DNA of 60,492 bases, filler included, from Basidioascus undulatus (lineage: Eukaryota), in the NCBI GenBank assembly GCA_000826855.1. It is 7 parts of 7 records of this genome, joined end to end, with 100 filler letters (N's around TTAATTAATTAA, not from the genome) between each part and the next. Parts side by side here need not be neighbours in the genome. Positions count along the whole stretch, not along the records: positions 1 to 8,572 come from JTLS01001371.1; positions 8,673 to 17,243 come from JTLS01001372.1; 5 more parts are not named here. The stretch is one strand, 5' to 3'. The notes under the pieces were generated by a model that had not been told where the DNA came from, ran no database searches, and was given only the letters and a program-made list of their open reading frames with translations. The position numbers and the translations under genes are program-made. Shown one piece after another: positions 1-11,309 of this stretch (position 1 is its first letter; the number at the start of each line of letters is the position of its first letter).

Positions 1-657
1 CCACCTTGGCGACCACGAGCGCCATCTTCACTCTCCAACTCCTCCCTCGCCAGCGTCCTCCCCCCTCCCACCGGCTCCGGCCTCGTCGGCATTCCCCTGC
101 CCGGCAACCAGCAGCCGGCGACGGGCATCGGGCTTGCGGGCGGGCCCGCTGTGGCTCCTCCGGGCGGCGTCGGCCACGTCCGGCGTCTCAGCTCGAGCTC
201 TAACGGGAACGGGAACGGGAACGGTGGCGGCGGCGTTGGGATCGCACTCTCTGGACCGGGGACGAACGTCGGCAGCGGGCACGCGCGGAGGGAGAGCTAC
301 GGGAGCTACGGCCGGAGCTGGAGTCGCGTGAACGGGTCCGCACTCGCCGGCGTCTCTGAGGGCACTACGGACGTGAGCCAGCCAGCCTCGTTCGCGCTTC
401 CGCCTCTGCACAAGCAGGCATCGCTCGGCTCGCTCATCTCTAGCTCTTTCCCCGGGCTCGAATCTTCTCCCCCGACCGATACCATCCCCTTGCACCAGCC
501 CCCGCCGCAGACGTCCTCCGCGATCCCCATCGTCCCGCCGAGCGAAGGCCAGTCCTCCCACTTCAACACAAACGCCGCGCCTTTCGTCCCGCGCGCACAA
601 GGACAAAGCGACGCATCGGAGCCGCCAAAGGAGAGCGCGGCTGCGTCGGCTGCTTAA
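1..657 (+). CDS. 3' end of a Ser/Gly/Pro-rich protein with a C-terminal PAM2-like (PABP-interacting) motif; 5' truncated
   Basis: Frame 1 is open from position 1 to TAA at 655-657. It contains SSHFNTNAAPFVPR (553-594), resembling the PAM2 consensus, and RRxS sites (RRLS, RRES). Confidence 0.6.
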   Translation, partial: PPWRPRAPSSLSNSSLASVLPPPTGSGLVGIPLPGNQQPATGIGLAGGPAVAPPGGVGHVRRLSSSSNGNGNGNGGGGVGIALSGPGTNVGSGHARRESYGSYGRSWSRVNGSALAGVSEGTTDVSQPASFALPPLHKQASLGSLISSSFPGLESSPPTDTIPLHQPPPQTSSAIPIVPPSEGQSSHFNTNAAPFVPRAQGQSDASEPPKESAAASAA

Positions 658-1122
658 GTCGCCTTCCGCCCGTCTTTCCGCTCTCCGCTCGTGCTTGGGG
701 TTCTGTCGTCACTTCATTCCTGTCTCTACTTTCTGCTGAAGCCGCAACTAGCATTTTTCTCGTCCGATTCTCTTCCAGCGTTTTCTCCCTCCTTTGTTGA
801 CCAGGCCGTCCGACGAGGCGCGCCCATCGCATGCACTATGCAAAAACACTGACCTGCCCCCGCCTGCCGGGCCGCATTGAGCCCGCTCTTCGCTGACGCA
901 CTCACATTGCAAGCAAGCTCAGTCTCACCTATTCTCGAACAGGGCAGCTTCGATCGGTGAGGTGCGTAGAGCCTATGTTTGAGGATGAGGTCAACTTATC
1001 GCGAACCTCGTTTCTCGCTCTCGTACCGCACGCTCGGGTCCATCTCGCACGCACTCACTTTGCACCGCGCACTCACTTTCGTCTCACTGACCTGCATTAT
1101 CGCATCGCTCGTTGTCATCATC

Positions 1123-4100
1123 ATGGCACACTCACCTCCGCCATTCGATCCTCCGGGTTTGCCCGCGCCCGCTAACCAAATCGGCGAGCCCGACAACTCG
1201 AAGCCAGACCCCATCCCCGAGCGCCCGCACCCCGACAAGAATGTGCTCACCACGCACGACTGGGCGCACGGTCATGGCGCTGCGGGGAAGCGGGATGGCC
1301 AGCCGCACAGGAAGGTCAAGTGGCACGAGCCCACCAAGATCCTCCCTGCGCCGGTCAAGCACAAGGTCCCGCCGCAGCAGCAGCCGACGTCGCTGGATGA
1401 GGCGGCGCAGGACAAGGAGGCTTGGAGGGCGCTCAACGAGTGAGTGCTTTCTAGGCTGGGGTCATGTTTACGTTGCTCACCCTTGGCGGATTGGTCGGGT
1501 AGAGGTCTTCAAGAAGCCCGCGCTAGGGACCTGTACGGCTCTCCTTACGACACGACGACGTCTCCTTCGCCCCAGGATACGGGGGCGCAGTCAACTGACA
1601 CTACGCACACCCCGGCGGTGCCCCCGGAGACCGTCATGGAGATCCCCTTTGGCGAGACCGACGGCCTCCCGCGTCCGCCGAAGTCGGACAAGCCGTCCCC
1701 TACGCGCTTTCAGAAGCTCGCAGCGAAGCTCCTTCCGCGCCCGAGCATCAAGCGGCTACTCGGCCTTGGTCTTCCGTCGTCGACGATGGCGGCAGGTGGC
1801 GGGAAGGAAGCGGCGGCGGCGGACCGGGAGGATCCGGAGGCTGGGCGGCGGGCGGAGGACGTCGAGGACAGAGCGTTTGCACCCATGCATCGTCCTCCGC
1901 GCTCGCATGGCGTGCTCTCTTCCCTACTCGCCCTTCACGACGCTGAGCGCGAGCGCGAGCGCGAACCCCCGCCTCCGCCCGCGCCTCCGCCGCCGCCGCC
2001 GACTCAACCACGTCCTCGGCCTGCCCGTCCGCCACGTTTCTTCCGAGCACACACTTACCATTCGCCATCGCCTTCCACTCCCACTGCCCCCTCGCCTCCG
2101 GGGGCAACCGATCAAGTACACCGCGACGCCGATGTGCCCTCGAGGGGCTCACGGCCCGCTGCGCCGCCTCCCCCTCCTCCCCCTCCTCGCGGGAGGGGTC
2201 TTCCGCGTCTGCCCACCTGGGCTGGTGCTCGTCCGTCCGCTCCATCGTCCGAAGCCTGGACGCCGGCCGAGTCCGCGGCGTCGGGGACACACACGCCGCA
2301 GTACCGCCCGAGCACGGCTCGGCGCGTGGTCGGCTGGCCCGCAGTCACCTCCACGTCGCGGCCCGAGGCTGCGCGCTCGGGGGCGGGCGTGTTTGGCGCT
2401 TTGGTGGGCTCGGGAGTCGGCCTGGCTGGTCCTGCCGCCCCGGAAACAACGACGGTGACACCGACGCTTGAACGTCCGGGTACGTTCTTCTTTTGTCCGC
2501 GCGCACTTGATATGCCTCTTGACAGCGCTCTGCAGGCTATCATCTGTCTCGTAGGTCCCTCAAGCTACGAGCTAGTCTCTTGACTGCTCAACCTGATGCC
2601 ACTTTAACACGCAGGCTACAAACTGTCCGACGTCAAGCCGATATACCGACCGCCTATCAGCCACTCCGCGCCTGTCTCGCCTCAGCGCTCCCCTCCTCAG
2701 CCAACCTCACTGCAAGCCCGCACGGTCGCCGCCTCACCCGCGCGTGAGCGTCGCACACCCGCGCGCGCCGCTTCCCTTGACGTCAAGCATCGGCGGCAGT
2801 CGTCTCCTGGAGAGTCGATCCCCGAGCACCCTTTCGACGGGGACAGCAGACCGACGTCCCCGCTCGTCTCGCACCCCGGCTCGCCCCCGCCCATGAAGCG
2901 CAGCGTCACCGCTGGCTCCGCGCCGCTCGGGCTCAAGCACTCCATGTCCAGCCTCATGAGCGGCCTGGCGACGCCCATCCACAAGCTCAGCCGCGCGAGC
3001 TCGTTCAATAAGGAGGGCGGCTACTTTACGGACCAGGACTGGCAGAAGCTCGAGGCGGAGAAAGATCGGCAGGCACGTAGAAGAAAACGGAAAGAGCAGC
3101 GGAAGGAGGATATCTTTATGTGCGTCCGCTCTTGGACAAGTGCTCGCTGCACGAACGTTGACATATCCTGCCCGGATAGTACTCGGAACATTGCAGCTGT
3201 TCTGCATCGGGAATACTTTATACTGAAATTGGCTAGAGCGCGTGAGTCTGACTGGTTGAGGTCTCCCGCATTCCAAGCTCATTCGTGCCGTTTGCCATGC
3301 CCTCACAGTCATGATGTAAGCTGCGCCCCCTGGCACATTATGGCGTCCGATCTGACGATCTTCCTATTCTTTAGGTTCGGTGCACCGTACGAACCTCGCC
3401 AATCCTGTTGCTTCAAGCCCTGACGAAAGTTACTTCAGATCACATCGCCTAGAAGCGCAAATTCAAGCGACTGCACGTATCTTGGACGGTAGGTAATAAG
3501 CCGGCGGAGTTTCAGGTCAGAGCTTAGTCTGACATGCTTACACACATAGTAAATGCGCAATGCGTATACGTTCCTGGCGTTTTGCGTACGTCTTTCTGCG
3601 CTCCTGCCAGCCTCTCGGCACTGCTGCTCAAGCTCGCTCGCGTGCAGTGGTCAGCTTTGGTGACCCAGCGACGCATACAAGCGAAGTGCGCTTCATCAAG
3701 CAGGTCCTTAATACTTCTTCCTCCATTGGAGATGGTCGTCGCTCACATGCACTGTTCCGCAGGGGTCCACGCTGGATTTGACCCGTTTGCTCAATACCCA
3801 CGAGCTGTACTGGCAGGTACGGTGCCGATTTCGCTGCGGAATCCTTCCAACCAGAGGCAATCTGACATTTTCGTTCTTCCAGGTAACCCACGATGAGATC
3901 AGCGTCTCCGAAGCGTCGCGGAAACTAGATGTGCGCAGACCGTTTGCGTGTCGCCCTGGATGCGGTTGACAGTGCCGGAATTCAGGGACTCATGACACGC
4001 GAAGAGATATACGGGTTCTGGTCCACCGTCCTCATCGGAGCGCTCTGCAGTCTGATAATCACCGTAAGACGGTTGTGCATGCTGCGCCACCCTGGCGCTG

Positions 4101-5932
4101 CTGACATCCCCCGCGTGAAGATGCTGGCTTTCAGCGGCTCTTTCGTCGACGGTCTTGTCGCTGCGTGGCTCGGCGGCCAGCTCTGCGCAATCCAAGTTGG
4201 GGCGCAGCACAACGAGTTATATAGTACGTTTATATTCGGTATGATATACCATGGTCTCTCACTCAGTATCCTTCGAGACAGGCAACATTTTCGAGTGGGG
4301 TCTTCCTGATTTGAAGTGACCGTGGGAGACGGCTGACAGCATGGCTGCAGAATCACTGTTGCGGCTCTCAACTCCTTCATCGCCGCGGCACTAAGCGCGA
4401 CCGGACGCATCTGTTATCCTGCGGTTGCGAGGTTCGTAGCGGCCTCACTTGCTTTCCTTCATCCTCTTGCTCCGAAAACTGACTTGACTGTTCCAACCCG
4501 CTGCAGTGGAAGCGTCGTGCTGATCCTTCCCGGATACGTTGTTTTATGTGAGTCCTTTAACATCCGTTCGAGTTGATTTCCGATGACTATGGGACTTCGG
4601 GTAGGCGGCGCCTTAGAGCTTTCGTCTCGAGTAATCGTATCTGGTAGCGTCCGCATGTTTTACGGTGCGTGCTCAGTTCCTGCCTGTCCGTACGTAGTTG
4701 ACTGAAGAAGGATCTGCAGCTACGATCTACTCACTTTTCCTGGTCAGTCTTGGCATGCCCGTTCACGCCCGTTTGATCTCTCACACACTTGCTGTCAGGG
4801 ATTCGGCCTCTCCATCGGGGCCGAGGCATGGTATCTCATCACAGGCAAGACCATCTTGACAACGTATGTACCTCTTCTCCCCACGTCCGGTCCTTCTTGT
4901 TAAAGCTGTTTCATCGCAGCCGAAACTACCAATGTCAGATGACGCACGCAGGGGGACCGTGGTGGCAGCGCTCGACTAGCGAGTACTGGGTGCGCTTCTT
5001 TCCATCACCGCAAAGCTGCAGGGACTAATCTCAGGTCCACTCAGGACTTCCTTTTCGTCCCTGCCTTTGCCGCGCTCATCTCGCTGCGGAACAAAGCATC
5101 GATACGCTCGCGCGAATTCCCGGTAATGGTGGTCACGGCGATCGCCGGCTGGGCCGCGAATCACTTTGCCGCGAAACGCTTCGACACGCGTACGGATTTG
5201 ACGAGTGCTGTGGGAAGCTTTGTGGTAGGAATCTTGTGCGTTGTCGCTGTGTTGCAGCGAGATGCGGTGCGCCGTGCCTTGCTGATCGGCTTCCAATGCT
5301 GAGCCGCAGAGGAAACTTGTAAGTACTTTCAGTCCACCGCCGTCGCTGTCCCACGATAAACCGATTAATTTCGCAATTGCAGGTGGGGCAAGTTCTCCCG
5401 AGGTCCGACGTCTTTCATCTTGGCGGCAGCGCTGGCCGGACACAAACAACTCATAAGCTCAACTCACCCCTCTCGCTCCGCAGGTGCCTCTTTTACAGCC
5501 ATGTCGAGCGGCGTTCTATTTCAACTTCCCAGCGGTCTCGCAAACGGTGGCCTACTCGCGTTCGCGAATCCGGCGACGAACGCAACGGCAGCATGGTGCG
5601 CCTCCTGCGCCTAGCCTCGACTTTCAACTTACATGTTTATCTCGCTCTCATTATCGCAGGACGTTCACTAGCGGCTTCGCAGTCGGGCAAAGCTTAATTC
5701 AAGTGGCCATCGGGTGCGTGGTCTGACTTAATTCCCGTTCCGCTCGACGCGACATCTACTGACCAAACTACCTTTCAGCTTGACGGTCGGGTACGTACTA
5801 TCCGCCGTATTTTTGGGAAGATTGGCCAAAGCATGCGCTCAATCTCATCTCCGCAGCCTCTTCGTCGCAGCCGTCGTCGTCCACCCGCTCGGCGGAGCCC
5901 GCCGTCGCCGCGCCGCCATATTCAGCTTTTGA
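1123..5932 (+). CDS. PRM10: Pheromone-regulated membrane protein 10-like, ThrE/DUF1212 exporter family, many introns
   Basis: Manual splicing gives FILKLARALMMFGAPSHRLEAQIQATA, VSFGDPATHTSEVRF, VVLILPGYVVL..ALELSSR and a C-terminus IQVAIGLTVGLFVAAVVVHPLGG...IFSF*. Long low-complexity N-terminus. ATG at 1123, TGA at 5930-5932. Confidence 0.85.
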
Positions 5933-6689
5933 ACTTGACTGCCGCGCTTTCCCGTTTTGTTGAGACCCGGAGATAATTCAGGCAGACAATGACTGGACTT
6001 TGGAATTTACCCCTCTGAAGTTCATCATGCAGGCCCGAATGAAATTGACTTTGCATGTTGTGTGGACAAATCATCTTGTCATCCTACATTACTTCGACAC
6101 ATGTTCTGCCGCCCCACACTGCCTTGCTTTGCTACTTTCCTAATAATAAAGATGCTCAAAGCTACAACCAGCTCCCCGTAAACTTGTGACACATTGACAG
6201 GATCTTCTCACAGCATGCTTGGTCGACGTTGGGTATGCCTGGAACACCTCGAACGAACACTGTGAATGTCGGGATACTCTTGACTGCAGGTTCATGGAGG
6301 ATGTACCTGAATGTAATGGTGAGGAAGATCTCATAGCGGTTCAAACAGAAGTCTTTCGCCTTGTCGTGTATGTCAGATCGATCCCGTCGGAGCCTCCAGC
6401 CGTCTTTTCGCCCTCGAGGTGTCTCTGTGCCTAGCGGTCATTGCATGAGGTGAGGGAAACCCTCATACCAGTTTAATTCCTCTAAATCTAGCAAAATCAA
6501 AGTTCAGGTAACTTTCTGCCGGAGCAGGCCAGATTACGCCCTCGTGGCAGCACGTACAGCTAATTGATCGCTTCTTGTGTTTGAAGCTCTGGCAGCCTTT
6601 GGGTGTATCTCATAAAACTCTGATGTAGAAGACCCGTAGGAGATTGCAGAAACTTCAAAGCTTGAGAACAAAGTACAGTTACGTTCTAT

Positions 6690-7285
6690 TCAGTGAACAA
6701 CAATCAAACGGCAAAGACGGTCACCACCGATGCCACCATCAAAGCCGCGGCCGAATCCACCACTCCCGCCATCGAAGGCCCCGTCAAAGCCGCCGTCAAA
6801 GCCGCCATCAAAGCCGCCATCAAAGCCGCCAGCGAAGCCGCCGCCCCTCCGCCCGCCCCCGATGCCCCCATGCCGCCCCTGAACTGGCGCTTGTCATGGT
6901 TTTCTTCTCCTTCTTCTCCTTCTCACTATTCTCTTTCTTCTCCTTCTTCTCTTTTTTGTGGTGGTGCTCTTTCTTCTTAGGATGCTTCTTCCAACACCTG
7001 TGTGTCCGGAGGAAAGTCAGCGTTCCGGCTGTTTGCCTGCAGAGCCTGTGGAAATGTTGCGCAAGATACAAACCTTGAGCTTCTTCTTGTGCTCATTCTT
7101 ATGCTCCTTCTTTTGACCTTTCCTCTCGGCCCGCGGCTTGAGCCCATGCTCGACGCTCGGATCCCCAAAATTGCCGCTGCGGCCTGAAGCGCGTTGCCGC
7201 CGGCGCCCTCGTCGAGCGGCGTGGCTGGCGCAAGGGTGAAAATAAGGAGGGTGAACGCGACGGATGCAAGGTAGATGGAGCGCAT
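6690..7285 (-). pseudogene. Small secreted K/E/H-rich, GGFD-repeat protein gene, apparently frameshifted
   Basis: Signal-peptide-like MRSIYLASVAFTLLIFTLAPA from ATG 7285. Canonical intron 7073-6998 with GCTGAC branch site. The KKEHHHKKEK tract, HDKRQF and (GGFD)n segments lie in different frames. Confidence 0.5.
6783..6830. repeat. 4 x 12-bp tandem repeat RTCAAAGCCGCC (encodes GGFD on the minus strand)
   Basis: gtcaaagccgcc x2 followed by atcaaagccgcc x2, read directly from the sequence. Confidence 0.9.
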
Positions 7286-8572
7286 TTTTGAGCGAGGTGA
7301 AGGTGGCTTGTAGGAAGTGAATGTGGCGCTAGAGATGTGGACGATGTGAGTGAAGCTGGTGGAATACGGTGAGAAGGGAGGCCCGGCAGCAGACGCTGTA
7401 TACGTCCTGAGAGAGCTGCGATTGCAAAATTTCCTGACAAAATACTGGCTAGAATGAGCGCAATGGGTTTGCTGGAAGGAGACGCAGCGGCTGCGACTTG
7501 GAAAGGCTGCAGGTGCAGTCTCGATGCGGAAACGCTGGGAGTCTGAAAGCGATAGGCTGCAGCGCCTGCCTGCGGCGGTGTTCCGGACGTTCGACCATCG
7601 CTCAATCATGGCATTTGGAGGATTTGTAGCCTTTCCCCAAAAAGTGCTGTTTGAAGCGGTTGCCAATCCGACGCCGTAGCTCAGTCCGCTTGCGGCTCTG
7701 TCTCTGGCGGCTAAAGGCCAGGGAAGACCCCACCGCGACGGCTAAGTTTGTAACGGGGAGTCCTCTTTCGAGAGGCTCCCCATGATATTTGAGTGCATTT
7801 TTTCAGTCATTGCGATTGACTTTGAGGAAGGTTGAAAGTAGGATACACGCTCCCTCACTCACAACGCAAGGTCGTACAAACGGTAGCCACTCTGTAGTTC
7901 GGTCACACATCCTCCATGTTGCAGTGATACGAGCCGGCCAATACACTATGTGTTCCCTGCTAGTTACTTGTCAACTTATTGCTGAAGCGTCAATGGCGAC
8001 GTGCGCGTAGACCTTGCAAGAGGTTTTCTGTTTGGCTTCACCGGAGCACATTTCGAGGTTTAGTCGTTGCGACCAATTACAGCACTTTTTGGCCAATGTT
8101 TTATATACTTGAAATTTTATGACAATGCGCTTCCCAATGTGCCCCGCAAACATCATCGTTGAAGGTGTGCCGGTCGGGGAGCAAGCTGTGACCACCGCTC
8201 ATCCAGTTCACTGTTCACCACAGCTCGAGACAGTCGGATGCTCCCATCCCTCTTCGGGTCTCGGCTTAAAAGACCTTTGCACTTTAAGGGTACAGCGCAA
8301 GTTTTCAGGCTATATTTTGCGTGCGATATTATGGGCCTTGTCACACCTCAGCAAATCCGCGGCGCAGTCGTGCTGTTGGAAAGTCTGCACACGATGACTG
8401 TGGGGGAATCTTCATACCTACCCACACATATGAACACCCAAAATACTGCATTGTTCTGCATTATCTCGTCCGAAGGAAAACAAACCTGCACGTATCTTGC
8501 ATGCAGCATTCGCTAACGGAACTCTATTTTCCCCCTCACCCTTAGGTCCCAAAAGGCGCTTGGTTTACCCTT

Positions 8573-8672
8573 NNNNNNNNNNNNNNNNNNNNNNNNNNNN
8601 NNNNNNNNNNNNNNNNTTAATTAATTAANNNNNNNNNNNNNNNNNNNNNNNNNNNNNNNNNNNNNNNNNNNN
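8573..8672. other. Artificial contig linker (N44-TTAATTAATTAA-N44)
   Basis: 100-bp N run with a six-frame stop insert, identical at six places in the window. Confidence 0.97.
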
Positions 8673-8935
8673 TTCTTCGCGAGCTGCAAAAAGCTCGCAG
8701 ACGGACTACACCCCTCCGTACCCGCCACCCCCGCCATAGCCGCCACCGCCGCCGCCGCATCCACCGCCGCCACCACCGTAGCCACCACCGCTAGAAACAA
8801 AGTGTCAGGTCAGTAAAATCCAGCGGGCGGCAACAGCCTGGTATCGAAGTCTCACTAAGAACCGCCGTAAGAGCCCTGCGACGCAGCGTCAGCACCAGAC
8901 TTCGCTGAAGGTGCGTCAGACCGAATACCAACCAT
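8673..8935 (-). CDS. 5' end of a gene with a Gly/Tyr-rich N-terminus (Dbp2-like RNA helicase or other glycine-rich RNA-binding protein); truncated
   Basis: ATG 8935-8933, intron 8932-8876, 20-nt exon 8875-8856, intron 8855-8791, giving M-GSYGGSY-GGGYGGGGGGCGGGGGGYGGGGGYGG. No globular domain is visible before the contig end. Confidence 0.45.
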
Positions 8936-9488
8936 TTTATGAGGAGTAGGATGCGAAAAAAGGGGGGAGAGTGGGGGTGCAGGTAAAGTGGCGAGGGGAG
9001 CAGATGAGGGTAAAGAAAGGAGGAGCAGGTCTGCGCGCCTCGCGCCCTTGGGTGCAATTTTACGTAATCTCAGACACAGGCCAAGCCCAGCCTTGCACCG
9101 CAACCTTGCCTCTCGAAGTTTCGCAGTCCTCTTGCCCAGAGCAGCCAGCACAGTTCTGGATGAACGCGCTGTTCACGAAGATGAGCATTTCTAGAAAATG
9201 CCTATCGATTGACACAGCCAACGCTTAGTTTGACGCGGCATGGTGGAGACGTCTCAGCTGAACGACATGCTTCCGCATCAGATGACCAGATGACCACGTT
9301 TAGCATGTTCACTTGATGCACGGAGTCGTGCCGACTGATGCACCCGAGACATGTATTTCTACCACCGGAGCACAGCAGGTTGTCCTCTCAGCACCACCAT
9401 CCATCTCTTCCACAACCTGCGAGCGGTCGACACCCACACCCACAGTCACTTTCAGCCCACATCCGCTTTCAGTCTTTTCTTATCAACC

Positions 9489-10009
9489 ATGGCTTCCGTC
9501 CTGAGGAACCCCGCTCTCGTTCCCCTCTTTGCCGCCGTCGGTCTCGGTAAGTACCTCTCCGAAACCTAGGTCGCCCGTTCTTGCTCCTGATAGCCGAATG
9601 TGACCTTACAGGCGTCGGCGGTGGTCTCTGGTTCGGTATGTTCAATTCTCTCAACCTGCACTGAGTACCCTCAAGCTGATTCCGTCCTTGTTACTCCAGG
9701 TGCACACATGCTCCGCAACTCGAGCGACGTGGTCATCGACAAGCGTCGCTTCCCTGACGTATTCCATCTCGCTTTCACGCATGTCGTTTTCCCGCTCTAA
9801 CCCTGGGTGGAGAGCAGCCCTGGAACAATGTCCAGCAGGGCCTCAACACGAAGCTGTACTCGCCCAACACCGCCTTCTGGGCTGGCCGCGCCGGCATGGC
9901 CGACCCGCGCGCGGCGTTCATGCAGGTCAACGGGGAGAGCGTGGAAGATGGACGGCGCAGGCTCGAGCGGGCACAGAAGGCTAGGGACGAGATGCACAAG
10001 AGCGTTTGA
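9489..10009 (+). CDS. NDUFA4: NDUFA4/MLRQ/B12D-family small mitochondrial membrane protein
   Basis: Four exons splice to MASVLRNPALVPLFAAVGLGVGGGLWFGAHMLRNSSDVVIDKRRFPDPWNNVQQGLNTKLYSPN..., matching the PLF-TM-DV-PW-N-KL pattern of the family. Confidence 0.75.
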
Positions 10010-11309
10010 GGGTGGGACTCTGGGACTGGAAGGACATGTTGTAAGAAGATGTTGTTGATCGCGAGATGTACGAAATGAAGAGGCATGGGAATATGCAGAC
10101 TTGGCCATTCTTGAGTGTGGGTCTTGAGTGTGGGACCCGCTCACCGCAGCGGTGTGGAGTGAGGAATAGTTCAAGGAGCCTGCCTTCTTTGGTCGTTTTG
10201 ATCTTTCCACATATAATCACTGTGGTTGGAAATGGCTACTTTGGAGGGCGTTACATGCTCTTCGAAGAGACCGGCGGCCTGCGAGCTTCCAACGCTGAGA
10301 CTGCATCGCTTTGTCCCCCAAGGTCTCCCTTCCCACAAGATTACTTGTAAGTTATCATGCTAAAGCAGGTCCTCCACAATCCTCCGAAAGCAACACGGGG
10401 TACGGAAGGTAGCCCTTATCAGCGTCCGGTACAGCTGAACGGCGAAGCTCGCGCTTCCCAGGCTGCATGCGCACCACATTCTTGGCTAACATTCTTGATC
10501 CTTCAGAGCGCGGAGCAAAGAAAAATATTGAAGATGATACCTCGGGATAACCGGGGATAAAATTTCTCATGTATGGGATGCAAAACAGCTCTTGAAGTGT
10601 GCTATGTAGTAGTGTGTTGAACCCGTGAGAAAGACCTTGCTGGCTGACACTCGCAGCAAGGCTCTATGTAGCCCCTGATACTAAATCGTCAAACAAGTTG
10701 GATATTACACTACAGAATGCCTTGCTGACACTACCCCTGCAGCACGATTTTTTTTGAAGGAGTTATGGGTGTGCGAGTAGTGGTGAACCGAACGTCCTAC
10801 TTTGCAGAGTCGTGGGTCGACAAAGCAATGGGCTCTACAGGCGTATCCGCAAGCTTCCTTTTCTTCTCCAGTGGGATTCTCTTGAAAATATGCTCTTATC
10901 GCTCGATTGTTCCTGAGCGGTCAGCAGATTGCCATCGCGGCGATCCGACTGCTTTTGGCATGTTCACGCCGCACCTTCCAGCAGTGACGGAGCCTGTCAG
11001 CGCTGACCCCCTACGGTGTTGAAACACTGCAAATCTCCCCTTCTGATATTTATTGATAAGTAGTGCAACGGTGGAAGTGCATGAGACCGCGGCGTTCGCC
11101 GTAGAAGCTGTATTGTGGTCCGAACGTCCCCCCTTTGGCGTTCGTTCGTCTTTGTCCTGTTCTTCACCCTCATCCAACTCCAACGCCACCCCCCCCCAGC
11201 AATTTGGACTCCTAGACTCCCCGCCCTGTCAGCCCATCCCTGGTCCTCTTTTCTCACTGGTGCAATCAAGCTAATCTAAGCTCTTATGCCCGTAGTGCTT
11301 CGGCTTGTC

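Noticed and set aside
8617..8628. TTAATTAATTAA as a biological site (piggyBac TTAA target or regulatory palindrome)
   Set aside because: It is always centred in a fixed N run and is a six-frame stop linker added during concatenation.
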